Shown: positions 1-8,692, counted from the first letter of the stretch. The stretch: 32,000 nt of DNA from Candidatus Babelota bacterium (GCA_039809905.1 JBDHVY010000001.1:1080001-1112000); one strand, 5' to 3'. Numbers and translations are program-made. Notes: a model not told the origin generated them from the sequence alone.

Positions 1-621
1 ATGTTCGAATGTACGTGCTTTTATCTGTAAATAATTGAACATAATCAGAGCAGGAATAGCAACAATTAGTCCGGCAATAGTTGTAATCAGTGCTTCTGCA
101 ATACCTGGTGCAATTGTTGCAATGTCGGCAATTTGAGCTTCACTAATGCGCATAAATGAATGAATTAATCCCCAAATAGTTCCAAAAAGTCCCAAAAGTG
201 GGCCTACTGCAGCACATGATGATAAAATGGATAAGTATTGTTCGTTATGTAGTAATATTGTATCAATGGTGGCGTCATTATATTTTTCAAATAATTCCCA
301 TTCAAAGGAATCTATTTTTCGCTGTAAATTGCCCTGTGATAATTCTTTTAAAAATGAAAGATTTTTAGAAATAAAATAACCAGCAGTGGTTTTCTGTTCA
401 GTTGCAGCAATATCAACAAGATCGGCAATGGTTTTTGCCGTTTGAATTTTTTTATTAACTAATTTTAAATGTCTTTCTTTTGCATAAAATAATGCGAGTT
501 TTCCTATAAAAATAGCCCAACAGGCAATAGACATACATAATAAGATAAGCAAAACGAATTTACTAACGGCATCAGATTGTGCTACAAGTAGCCAGAGAGA
601 ATTACCTGAAAAAATATTCAT
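1..621 (-). CDS. MotA/TolQ/ExbB-family proton-channel protein; N-terminal part, the gene runs off the left edge
   Basis: Not in the ORF track because there is no stop in the window. The reverse complement of 1-621 starts at ATG (621-619) and reads MNIFSGNSLWLLVAQSDAVSKFVLLILLCMSIACWAIFIGK...AAVGPLLGLFGTIWGLIHSFMRI...IAPGIAEALITTIAGLIVAIPALIMFNYL without stops. PLLGLxGTxxGxI and AEALxTTxxGL are the TolQ/ExbB signature. Confidence 0.75.
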   Translation of the reverse strand, partial: MNIFSGNSLWLLVAQSDAVSKFVLLILLCMSIACWAIFIGKLALFYAKERHLKLVNKKIQTAKTIADLVDIAATEQKTTAGYFISKNLSFLKELSQGNLQRKIDSFEWELFEKYNDATIDTILLHNEQYLSILSSCAAVGPLLGLFGTIWGLIHSFMRISEAQIADIATIAPGIAEALITTIAGLIVAIPALIMFNYLQIKARTFEH

Positions 622-706
622 ATCACATTCCTTAATTTGTTCTACTGAAGGTCATTCGAGCTTAACAGAAGTTGTTAATTTTGGAAAATGAAATTGTGCG
701 GATTCT

Positions 707-1723
707 TTATGATATAATGCATGGCAACTGTGGCAAATAGAGATCCACTGCATGCTTTCCACCATGTTTTTTTATAATATTACAGTGTATTTCATGAATA
801 CCTAAATTATCTCTTCTTGCTTGAATGTTTTTGATGATTAAATAATCAAGAAATGTTTGTTTTTTTTTATTCACATGATTGAGATGGTCTTTATAAAACA
901 TAATGCAATATTCAAATATATGTTCGCTATAAGATCGAACAGAGCAGTTGCCCGAATTTTTGGGAAGCGATGTTTCATAGGTGAGTTTCCATATTTTTTT
1001 ACGGCTATTTATGTTTAATTTATGTAATAAATCAGACATAAATGCATAGTCATTATTTACATCATTGCGTAATGCATCAGCTATTTTCCGATGAGAAAAA
1101 GATATTGTGGAATCCATAACATTAAGATTAAAGTCGTGCATGACAAATGAAAGCAAAAGCCGATGTGTTGTGCTTAATATATGAGTTAGAAGTTCTTGAG
1201 ATTGATAAGTTTTCTGTTCTTCTGGAGATAGCTCAAAGTAGTCAAATGGCGTATTGCTGATAAACGAGCCATTGGAATGCTTGCTACCAAATGGCAATTG
1301 TTTTCTGTTCTTATATAATTCTAAAATTTGTTCTTTAATTTTTGTGTATTTTGTTTTGTTCGTTTCTGTTTTTTCATTTTCTTCACAAAAATGAGCCTTA
1401 AGAAGTAATGAAGATAAATTGAGTTCACTCATAGCATTAAAGCTGTGGCAAACAATATCCCATATCTTGGGAGTTTGAAATGAAATTATGTTATTCAATT
1501 GGCGACATGTTAGACTTAAGCTTTTTATGCTCGTTGGAGTGCAAAATGCTGCAATACGTGGATGTATCTCTTTGGGTAATGTGAGCAATTCAAATTGTTC
1601 ATTTATCATGGCACAAGAAGGAATTATATTGAACAGTAAGACAGCGATTATTGGTAAATGTATAAATAATATTTGCATTCGCAATTCTCTGATTAATAAT
1701 AAACTATTAGAATCAATATACAA
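707..1723 (-). CDS. F-box-like domain protein with hydrophobic N-terminus (eukaryote-like putative effector)
   Basis: 338-aa ORF. Residues ~47-90, LTLPKEIHPRIAAFCTPTSIKSLSLTCRQLNNIISFQTPKIW, fit the F-box pattern (LPxEIxxxIxxxLxxxxLxxLxxVCxxW/L). An alternative start at M16 (1678) gives the signal-like peptide MQILFIHLPIIAVLLFNIIPSCA. I recognise no other motif in the rest. Confidence 0.5.
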   Translation of the reverse strand: MYIDSNSLLLIRELRMQILFIHLPIIAVLLFNIIPSCAMINEQFELLTLPKEIHPRIAAFCTPTSIKSLSLTCRQLNNIISFQTPKIWDIVCHSFNAMSELNLSSLLLKAHFCEENEKTETNKTKYTKIKEQILELYKNRKQLPFGSKHSNGSFISNTPFDYFELSPEEQKTYQSQELLTHILSTTHRLLLSFVMHDFNLNVMDSTISFSHRKIADALRNDVNNDYAFMSDLLHKLNINSRKKIWKLTYETSLPKNSGNCSVRSYSEHIFEYCIMFYKDHLNHVNKKKQTFLDYLIIKNIQARRDNLGIHEIHCNIIKKHGGKHAVDLYLPQLPCIIS

Positions 1724-1873
1724 TCAAGATCATTTATGTAAATATATATTTTTTTCTATAAAAATTAAATTATTGATTTCTATGCATACAATTAAAAATG
1801 AAATATGAGAATGCTGCTGTTTTTTGTTACAATTTATTTGTTTTTATCATATATGTATCAACAATAAGGAGGA

Positions 1874-3061
1874 GTGATGTTTTTTGTATCGATAATTTTT
1901 TTTGTTCTATCTTTTTTTCCATGTAACGCAATGGACCTTATGCAAAGGAAAAATGAAAGCTATCCTTCTTATGTCTGCATGTTATTTCATGCAATTGTTG
2001 ATTATGATTATGAAAAATCCCGTGAATTGATCAAAGACCATCCGCAGTTAATTAATATCTGTGCTTTATATCATAAGCCTAACAATTTTTGTGAAAAAAT
2101 TACTCCCGTACATTTAGCTGCTCTTGAGGGTAATAGTGTTGCTCTTGAGCAATTGCTTGTTGTTTCACCCCAAGCTATTAACGCAGTAGCAGAACATGGA
2201 AATACACCATTGCATTTGGCAAGCAATGAGCGTATAGCACAATTATTATTAGATAATGGTGCTCGTGAGGTTGTTAATCAACACAACAATGCGGGAAATA
2301 CTCCCTTATATGAAGCTCTTTATGGTAAGCATCATGAAGAACCATATTTTGATGTTGCCAGATACTTACTGAGATATACAGATGTTTGTGATGAAAAACT
2401 TCCCGATAAACAAATAGTTTTGCGTGCTGTTAATTATAAAAATATCAGTTACCTGTCTGATCAATTGCTTATTAGCAATCGCACAGATTATAGAGCGGCA
2501 TTTGATTCGGTTCTTCAAACAAAAAAATCTCTTTTTATAGCGAGTTTTATTGATACATTGGCAAAAAGATTTTTTGAAAACAAGCTTGATTATAAATCAG
2601 AACAATTTTTTATAGAAGAATTGTTTTATTGGGATGGCATTGCTGATCAAGGGCGTCAACATTATTTTCTTAAAACAGTGCGAGAGCGTCCAGATAAGTG
2701 TTCATTTTTTCTTAAAAGAGGAATGAAGATTAATTATAAAAATAAAGATGGCATATCTCCATTGTTGTATGCTATATATCCTTGGATAAAAAAATCATGG
2801 AACGATGTTCCATCACTACATAAATATAATATTTGTGCATTGCTTACTCATGGTGCTGCTGTTACTAAGAGCATGTTGCAAAAGTCGAATGGATATTTGA
2901 AAAAATTATTGAGAAAACAATATGAAACACAACTGTGTTTTATGTGTTTTGAAAATGCTGATGATTTATCAGATATTCCATGTCCAAAACAACATTCAAA
3001 ATTGGTGTGTTCGACCTGTTATTCGCTTTTTGCTCAATGTCCGTTATGTTTTAATTCTTAA
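1874..3061 (+). CDS. Ankyrin-repeat protein with C-terminal RING-like C3HC4 zinc finger and N-terminal signal-like peptide
   Basis: AAGGAGG lies at 1866-1872 before GTG 1874 / ATG 1877. The N-terminus is MFFVSIIFFVLSFFPCNA. ANK repeats include TPVHLAALEGNSVALEQLL, GNTPLHLASNERIAQLLLDNGA, GNTPLYEAL and DGISPLLYAI...LLTHGAAV. The C-terminus, CFMCFENADDLSDIPCPKQHSKLVCSTCYSLFAQCPLC, has the spacing C-x2-C-x11-C-x3-H-x4-C-x2-C-x6-C-x2-C. Confidence 0.8.
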   Translation: MMFFVSIIFFVLSFFPCNAMDLMQRKNESYPSYVCMLFHAIVDYDYEKSRELIKDHPQLINICALYHKPNNFCEKITPVHLAALEGNSVALEQLLVVSPQAINAVAEHGNTPLHLASNERIAQLLLDNGAREVVNQHNNAGNTPLYEALYGKHHEEPYFDVARYLLRYTDVCDEKLPDKQIVLRAVNYKNISYLSDQLLISNRTDYRAAFDSVLQTKKSLFIASFIDTLAKRFFENKLDYKSEQFFIEELFYWDGIADQGRQHYFLKTVRERPDKCSFFLKRGMKINYKNKDGISPLLYAIYPWIKKSWNDVPSLHKYNICALLTHGAAVTKSMLQKSNGYLKKLLRKQYETQLCFMCFENADDLSDIPCPKQHSKLVCSTCYSLFAQCPLCFNS

Positions 3062-3179
3062 TGTTAGTTTATTAAAAGTTGTTTGAAGTTTTTGGTGTAA
3101 ATTTTATTGCTATACAGTTTTTGCTTAATGTAGGGTGAATAAGATTGTTTTTTATACTTAAAAAAGGGCAGTAAATAAT

Positions 3180-3542
3180 ATGAAGTCACCAAAATATTTT
3201 TTCAATGAAGAAATTGTTGAATTAACATTACAGAATACTTTTTTTAGAAAAGAAGTCTTTACTGGTAATCATAGTCAAATTGTATTGATGAGTGTAGCTC
3301 CCGGACAAGAAATTGGTAAGGAGATACATCATGTAGATCAAATTCTTTTTTTTGTTGATGGGCAAGGCGTTGCCATTCTTAATGATGTCCAATCAGATGT
3401 GCTTCCCTATCATATGGTGTTTGTACCTTCTGGTGTTGAGCATAATTTTAAAAATACTGGTGAAAGAGATATGAAAATATGCACCATTTATTCACCAGCA
3501 GAACATAAACCAGGAACAGAAGAAGAAAAAAAGACTCGATAA
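3180..3542 (+). CDS. Cupin-domain protein (cupin_2-like)
   Basis: 120 aa. GKEIHHVDQILFFVDGQG...MVFVPSGVEHNFKNTG matches the two-motif cupin pattern G(x)5HxH...G and PxGxxHxxxN. Confidence 0.7.
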   Translation: MKSPKYFFNEEIVELTLQNTFFRKEVFTGNHSQIVLMSVAPGQEIGKEIHHVDQILFFVDGQGVAILNDVQSDVLPYHMVFVPSGVEHNFKNTGERDMKICTIYSPAEHKPGTEEEKKTR

Positions 3543-3552
3543 TAAGGATATT

Positions 3553-4092
3553 GTGAGCTCTGTCAAAAAAAAACTATGTATATTCACGATTGGCCATTCG
3601 ACAAGATCAATACAAGAGTTTTTAGAGATTTTGAAAACGTATCATATTGCTGAGCTTGTAGATATACGTACAATAGCAAAATCACGACATAATCCTCAGT
3701 TTAATGGTGATGAATTAGCACAAGTTTTACGAAACCATCATGTTGGTTATCGTCATCAAAAAGATTTAGGAGGGTTGCGTCATACTCATAAAAATTCAAT
3801 TAATACAGCATGGAGAAATTCTTCATTTCGTGGATATGCTGATTATATGCAGACAGAAGAATTTAAAGAGGGCATTCAGAAATTAATTGAAACTGCCCAA
3901 TCTAAAGTAGTTGCTATTATGTGTGCTGAAGCAGTTCCATGGCGTTGTCACCGATCATTGATTGGCGATGCTTTACTTGTGCGCGATATACATGTTGAAG
4001 ATATTTATAGTATAACATCAGTCAAACCCCATACACTAACTCCTTGGGCTGTTGTGCATGGAATTGACGTTATATATCCAGCTGCTAAATAA
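3553..4092 (+). CDS. DUF488-family protein
   Basis: GTG start 10 nt after the cupin stop. IFTIGHSTRSIQEFLEILKTYHIAELVDIRTIAKSRHNPQFN and the C-terminal MCAEAVPWRCHRSLI are the DUF488 hallmarks as I recall them. Confidence 0.65.
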   Translation: MSSVKKKLCIFTIGHSTRSIQEFLEILKTYHIAELVDIRTIAKSRHNPQFNGDELAQVLRNHHVGYRHQKDLGGLRHTHKNSINTAWRNSSFRGYADYMQTEEFKEGIQKLIETAQSKVVAIMCAEAVPWRCHRSLIGDALLVRDIHVEDIYSITSVKPHTLTPWAVVHGIDVIYPAAK

Positions 4093-4100
4093 AGGTCAAT

Positions 4101-4613
4101 ATGATCAAAGATCAAATAGGATACGGTTTAAAAATTTTATTTATCGGTATTAATCCGCATCCTGGTTCATATAGGCGTGGAGTTCCTTTTTCAAACAATA
4201 AAATGTTTTGGTATCTTTTAAGTGCAGCAGGTCTTTTGGATGAATCACGAGAGATATTAAAAGATGATGTAAAACTTAAATATATTTATGAAAATGTATT
4301 AAAAAAGAAGTACAAATACGGCTTAATTAATTTAGTTAATTCTCCTTCAATAACGGCAGCAGAATTGAATAAAGCAGAAGTGCTGCCAGGAAGAAAAAAG
4401 ATTTTACAGGCGATAAAAAAATATAAACCCCGCGTTGTTTGTTTTATTGGAAAAGGTAATTATGCTTTATTTATTGGATCTTCTGATATTTCTTATGGTT
4501 GGCAATCCAATATTGGCGAATCAAAAATATATGTAGCCCATGCTCTTCACCATGGGTTAGCAAACATACGAGTTGAAGAATTTCAGGAAGTGAAAAAAGC
4601 TGCCAATAAATAA
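4101..4613 (+). CDS. Mug/TDG-like (family 2) uracil/mismatch DNA glycosylase
   Basis: GLKILFIGINPHPGSYRRGVPFSNNKMFWYLLSAAGLL parallels the E. coli Mug N-terminus (GLRVVFCGINPGLSS...FPFAHPANRFWKVIYQAGF). The second motif is divergent: HALHHGLA in place of PNPSGLS. Confidence 0.6.
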   Translation: MIKDQIGYGLKILFIGINPHPGSYRRGVPFSNNKMFWYLLSAAGLLDESREILKDDVKLKYIYENVLKKKYKYGLINLVNSPSITAAELNKAEVLPGRKKILQAIKKYKPRVVCFIGKGNYALFIGSSDISYGWQSNIGESKIYVAHALHHGLANIRVEEFQEVKKAANK

Positions 4614-4616
4614 TTA

Positions 4617-6308
4617 TTATTCTTTATTTTCTCCTCCAAATGTGAATACATATGCTTGAAGGCCTTTAGGGCATTGTAGAGTCAGTGTGTGTCTTGCGTA
4701 ATCTTCTTTTAAATCAATAATTTCGTACATGCGCGCTTGATGGACTATAATTTTTCCTTGATCATTCATATCATGAGTCCAATATTTTTTTGGCACCGGT
4801 TTTTCATCAAGCAAAATAGTAAGTTCTATTGGTGTGTCTGCCTGCATTACCAAGTAAACGTGATGTGCAATAAAATTTAATATTATCGAGCTTGTATTGC
4901 TATTACTTTGTATACAATCAGAAGTAATGGTCCATGTTCCTTGTAAGCCAACCTGATTATTATCAAGCTTGTCTGTTGTTTGATACATAAAAGATGTATT
5001 TTTTTGTATGTGTAAAGATGGATGATAACTGTTACCGCGTTCAAAACCAAGATATGTTTCAGGAGTCAGTGCTTTTGTAAATGCACATTCTTCTATTTTG
5101 TTGCAGGCAGGCATGCCCAGTAAACTGCGAATCGCGTTTTCCATTTCCACATAACCGCCTTCACCAAAATGTTTTTTTATAATGGTGCCATTTCGATCAA
5201 TAAGATAATGTGCTGGCCAATAATGATTATTATAAGCATTCCACGTTTGATAATCACTATCTAATGCGACGGGATATGTAATATTAAATCTTTTAATTGC
5301 ATCTTCAACGTGTTGTTTGTTTTTTTCGAATGCAAATTCAGGAGTATGAATACCAATTACGGTAAAACCGTATTTTTTATATGAATTATACCATTCTGTT
5401 ACGTGAGGTAATGTGCGGATACAATTAATACAGGTATATGTCCAAAAATCAAGAAGGATGACGGTGCCATGCAGCTGTGCAATTGTTAGTGGTTCTGAAT
5501 TAATCCAATCAGTGATTCCTTGCAATTCAGGAGCTTTTGACATTGTTTCAATTCCTTTTGTTTCTCTCAATATATTCAGTTCTTCTTCTAAGGCTTTATT
5601 TTGTTCAATGGAAATTGTTGGGAACCAATAGGCCATTTTTTCTTGAAATATAATATCAAGATGAAAGATCATTCCAATCGCACTTATAATAACAATTATG
5701 CCAAATATTTGCCTAATCGTCTGCGTATAAGGAGTAATGCTTGTTATAGAGTTCATTATTTTTGAACTACCAAAGCAAAATAAAAGCATTGGTATTGCCG
5801 CGCCAATTGAATAGGCGAGAGTGATGATTATTGTAGAAAAAGTAGTTTTTCCTGCTGCTGCAAGTGTAGTAATTGTTGCTAAAATTGGGCCAGCACAGGG
5901 AGTCCATAAAAGACCAAGTGCAATTCCTAACAGAAAACCGCTCATAAAATGCTCATGCATAGCGATCGAATGTTCTTGTATAAAATTTCCTGCTCGCGCA
6001 ATGTGTTGTGTAAGTTTAATAAATGCTTGCTCAAAAGAAGGAATAATCATAGTAAGGCCAAAGAATATAACAATAGCTAAGGCAATATATCTAAAAATAT
6101 CAGGAGAAATTCCGGTTGCTTGAACAATGGTGCTCAAAGTTAAGGTGAAAAATGAAAAACTTAGGATCAGTCCAATAACGATGCCAAATGGTTTTTTATG
6201 GTTACCATTACTGCCGGCAGTGAATAAAATGGGGGCAATGGAGAGTATACAGGGAGAAAAAATAGTAATAAGACCTGCCAGGAATGAAAAAACAATGAGC
6301 AAAAGCAT
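4617..6308 (-). CDS. DipZ-like fusion: CcdA/DsbD transmembrane thiol-disulfide transporter + thioredoxin-like domain + C-terminal beta-rich domain
   Basis: 563 aa. The N-terminal half is polytopic, with FSPCILSIAP and WTPCAGPIL (the paired Cys-in-membrane motifs of CcdA/DsbD). The middle has DFWTYTCINCIRTLPHV (CxxC redoxin). The overall architecture resembles DipZ. Confidence 0.8.
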   Translation of the reverse strand: MLLLIVFSFLAGLITIFSPCILSIAPILFTAGSNGNHKKPFGIVIGLILSFSFFTLTLSTIVQATGISPDIFRYIALAIVIFFGLTMIIPSFEQAFIKLTQHIARAGNFIQEHSIAMHEHFMSGFLLGIALGLLWTPCAGPILATITTLAAAGKTTFSTIIITLAYSIGAAIPMLLFCFGSSKIMNSITSITPYTQTIRQIFGIIVIISAIGMIFHLDIIFQEKMAYWFPTISIEQNKALEEELNILRETKGIETMSKAPELQGITDWINSEPLTIAQLHGTVILLDFWTYTCINCIRTLPHVTEWYNSYKKYGFTVIGIHTPEFAFEKNKQHVEDAIKRFNITYPVALDSDYQTWNAYNNHYWPAHYLIDRNGTIIKKHFGEGGYVEMENAIRSLLGMPACNKIEECAFTKALTPETYLGFERGNSYHPSLHIQKNTSFMYQTTDKLDNNQVGLQGTWTITSDCIQSNSNTSSIILNFIAHHVYLVMQADTPIELTILLDEKPVPKKYWTHDMNDQGKIIVHQARMYEIIDLKEDYARHTLTLQCPKGLQAYVFTFGGENKE

Positions 6309-6450
6309 AATAAGATCCTTTTTTAGTTATTTTGCTTGAGCATGACATTTTTTATGGGTAAATGGGTATAATCTGTCATTTTTTCTTAAAAATGGTATGA
6401 TAAAAAAGAAATAATATCTGAAAATTATGAAGCTCGGTGGAACTTGCTAT

Positions 6451-6526
6451 AAGCTCTTAACCGGGGTCCTCATCCGAAATAATTTGTCCTTCGTAGCTTC
6501 AGCGAAGTAGGAAATGAAGGATGGGG
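6451..6526 (+). repeat. GC-palindrome repeat copy 1 (degenerate core CGGGGTCCTCA at 6462-6472) plus the 43-nt left arm of the mnmA-flanking inverted repeat (6484-6526)
   Basis: 6484-6526 (TTGTCCTTCGTAGCTTCAGCGAAGTAGGAAATGAAGGATGGGG) matches the reverse complement of 7598-7640 at 40/43 positions. The adjacent 22 nt including the core match at 15/22. Confidence 0.85.
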
Positions 6527-6546
6527 CTAATACATGGGGTATAATA

Positions 6547-7674
6547 ATGAAGGTTGCAGTGCTAGTATCAGGAGGAGTTGATAGTTCAGTTGCCCTCCAA
6601 TTGCTTAAAAACCAAGGGCATGATGTAACTGCTTTTTACCTTAAAATATGGCTAGAAGATGAGCTTTCCTATCTGGGAGATTGTCCTTGGCAGGAAGATC
6701 TTTCCTATGTACAACAGGTTTGTGATCAACTCAATGTTCCTCTTGAGGTGATATCTTTACAAAAAGAATACAAGGATGAAGTGGTAGCCCATACTATTGC
6801 GCAAGTAAAAGCTGGACGCACACCAAATCCTGATATTTTATGTAATCAACGTATTAAATTTGGTCTTTTTCTGGACAAAATCGATTCCAGCTTTGAAAAA
6901 GTTGCGTCTGGGCATTATGCCCAAATTCGTGAAAAAGACGGAATATTTGAATTGTTTCAATCACCTGATCCCATCAAAGATCAAACATATTTTTTATCCC
7001 ATTTGAGTCAAGATCAATTAAAACGAGTGTTGTTTCCGATTGGACATCTGAAAAAAAATGAATTGCGTGCTTTAGCGCATGATTTTAATCTGCCCAATAA
7101 AGATCGTAAAGATAGCCAAGGTATTTGTTTTTTGGGAAAATTTAAATTTAGCGATTTTATTAAACATCATCTGGGTACACAGCAAGGTCTTATGATTGAA
7201 AGTGAAACAGGAAACATTATGGGTCATCATGATGGTTTTTGGTTTTATACCATTGGTCAACGTCAAGGACTGGGTTTGGGTGGAGGACCATGGTATGTGG
7301 TTGCAAAAGATAGCGTTAAAAATATTGTTTATATTTCTCGTAACTATTATGATGCTGAAAAGCAACGAGACCACTTTATGGTTCAAAAAATACATTGGTT
7401 ATCTGGTGTAGCCCGTACACTAACGAATCTTTCTGTTAAATTGCGTCATGGAGCGCAAAAATATTCCTGCGTGTTGGATTATAATATGGATGATGCTGTA
7501 TCAATAAAAATTTCAGAAAGAGATCAAGGTATTGCAGCTGGGCAATATGCAGTGTTTTATGATGGTGATGTGTGTCTTGGTAGTGGGGTAATTTCAACCC
7601 CATCCTCCATTTCCTATTTTGCTGAAGCTACGAAGGACAAGTCATTCCCCATGGGGACCCCAAATAAAGATTAA
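6547..7674 (+). CDS. mnmA: tRNA 2-thiouridine(34) synthase MnmA, with a repeat-derived C-terminal tail
   Basis: MKVAVLVSGGVDSSVA is a PP-loop, and the protein contains NPDILCNQRIKF, DQTYFL, DSQGICFLG and GQYAVFYDGDVCLGSGVI. I place the start at ATG 6547 rather than the track's 6514, because the 11 extra codons lie in repeat sequence. The last ~25 codons (7598-7674) are repeat-encoded. Confidence 0.9.
   Translation: MKVAVLVSGGVDSSVALQLLKNQGHDVTAFYLKIWLEDELSYLGDCPWQEDLSYVQQVCDQLNVPLEVISLQKEYKDEVVAHTIAQVKAGRTPNPDILCNQRIKFGLFLDKIDSSFEKVASGHYAQIREKDGIFELFQSPDPIKDQTYFLSHLSQDQLKRVLFPIGHLKKNELRALAHDFNLPNKDRKDSQGICFLGKFKFSDFIKHHLGTQQGLMIESETGNIMGHHDGFWFYTIGQRQGLGLGGGPWYVVAKDSVKNIVYISRNYYDAEKQRDHFMVQKIHWLSGVARTLTNLSVKLRHGAQKYSCVLDYNMDDAVSIKISERDQGIAAGQYAVFYDGDVCLGSGVISTPSSISYFAEATKDKSFPMGTPNKD
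7598..7668 (-). repeat. GC-palindrome repeat copy 2 (core TGGGGACCCCA at 7652-7662) and right arm of the inverted repeat; forms the mnmA 3' end
   Basis: It is the reverse complement of copy 1 (see above). It encodes the mnmA tail PSSISYFAEATKDKSFPMGTPNKD* and ends 18 nt before the pgsA ATG. Confidence 0.85.
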
Positions 7675-7680
7675 GATAAG

Positions 7681-8298
7681 ATGAAAAAAATTAATCTTGC
7701 CCGTTTTAAACTACAGATATTTAATCGTTTGCCAAAAGCGGAAAAGCGTATCACGATTCCTACGCTTTTTACATTAGCAAGAGTTATTGTTACACCTATT
7801 ATTATAAGTTCCATGGTTTTCGGTTGGTGGGGAGTAGCATTTTTCTTTTTTGTTTTTGCATGTCTTACTGATCTGGTAGATGGTTTTTTGGCCCGTGTTC
7901 TTAATGAAAAAACATTTCTTGGTGCCTGTCTTGATCCTATTGCAGATAAATTATTACTTATTTCATGTTTTTGTACGCTTGCATTTGTTGCTACGCCACT
8001 ATTTTCAGTGCCGCGTTGGTTTGTATTTTTTGTGATAGGTAAAGAGTTATTACAAATTGGTGGAGCTTTCATAATTTACTGGTTACGTGGTCATCTTAAC
8101 GTACAACCTACTGTGTTGGGAAAAACTACTACATGTATTCAAATGATATTTATTATGTGGTTATTTTCCTGCTACTTTTTTTGTTGGGTTCCTATTAAAA
8201 CCTATTATGCTATGCTGAGCCTTATGGTATTTTTTATTAGCGCAGCTTTTATACAATATGTGCGTATTGGTTTGCGCATTATCGCCACAAAAAAGTAA
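7681..8298 (+). CDS. pgsA: CDP-diacylglycerol--glycerol-3-phosphate 3-phosphatidyltransferase (CDP-alcohol phosphatidyltransferase family)
   Basis: DGFLARVLNEKTFLGACLDPIADK fits D-G-x2-A-R-x8-G-x3-D-x3-D exactly. The protein is multi-pass hydrophobic and ~200 aa. Confidence 0.8.
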   Translation: MKKINLARFKLQIFNRLPKAEKRITIPTLFTLARVIVTPIIISSMVFGWWGVAFFFFVFACLTDLVDGFLARVLNEKTFLGACLDPIADKLLLISCFCTLAFVATPLFSVPRWFVFFVIGKELLQIGGAFIIYWLRGHLNVQPTVLGKTTTCIQMIFIMWLFSCYFFCWVPIKTYYAMLSLMVFFISAAFIQYVRIGLRIIATKK

Positions 8299-8305
8299 AA
8301 AAATT

Positions 8306-8692
8306 ATGAAAAAAAAATCGATTGTATTTTTAATGAGTATGATTGGTATTGCCAGCGCATATTGCGCGTGCCAAGAATTTATTAAACCAAAAACAAAAAA
8401 AGTATACGTTTCTGAACAACAATGTGTTGAATTAGACGGTGAAATTATTATATCAGTGACGGATGCACAAAATGCATTAGCAGATATTCTTAAAACTATA
8501 GCTTTGATTGGTAAAAAATCTCTTGATAAAGTAACTAATCATGTCAATGGAGAAAAAAGTGGACTTACTAAGATTGAGCGTACCGAGCGTTATGAAAAGA
8601 AAATAAAAATAAAGAAAGAAATTGAAGATTGTATGTTTCAGTTACAACAAACCTGTCAAAATCTTTCTCATCTTATGTCTGCTTTAGATTGA
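8306..8692 (+). CDS. Small hypothetical secreted/lipoprotein-like protein
   Basis: ATG 8306 gives MKKKSIVFLMSMIGIASAYCAC (signal peptide with Cys). The track start at 8258 overlaps the pgsA end. The remainder is charged and probably helical, with no recognised family. Confidence 0.4.
   Translation: MKKKSIVFLMSMIGIASAYCACQEFIKPKTKKVYVSEQQCVELDGEIIISVTDAQNALADILKTIALIGKKSLDKVTNHVNGEKSGLTKIERTERYEKKIKIKKEIEDCMFQLQQTCQNLSHLMSALD

Noticed and set aside
6514-6546. Upstream extensions of track ORFs: mnmA from 6514, 8258 for the small lipoprotein-like gene, 12369 for ssb, 15404 for the AlkD-like gene, 26632 for the SOD, and 21392 for the Gly-rich gene.
   Set aside because: The extensions overlap upstream genes, terminator hairpins or repeat sequence. 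The internal ATG codons give canonical family N-termini (PP-loop, SSB OB-fold start, signal peptides).
6527-7597. The idea that mnmA is an invertible (shufflon-like) segment, because it is bracketed by inverted repeats that are open in the same frame on both sides.
   Set aside because: The promoter and start codon would be carried away from any evident upstream promoter after inversion. There is no recombinase nearby, and mnmA is a single-copy housekeeping gene. I kept it only as a check within the repeat finding.
7671-8072. 133-aa minus-strand ORF, together with many similar track ORFs that lie inside or antisense to well-supported genes. Examples are 1488-1808, 5413-5631, 5821-6123, 6127-6339, 7072-7395, 7196-7411, 12535-12783, 14216-14428, 15065-15265, 16110-16328, 17038-17295, 18769-18981, 19248-19433, 22809-23036, 25025-25371, 25728-25913, 25957-26202, 27713-27956, 28733-29243 and 30273-30831.
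   Set aside because: Each overlaps, on the opposite strand or out of frame, a gene with clear family motifs. Their translations are low-complexity or hydrophobic noise with no start context.
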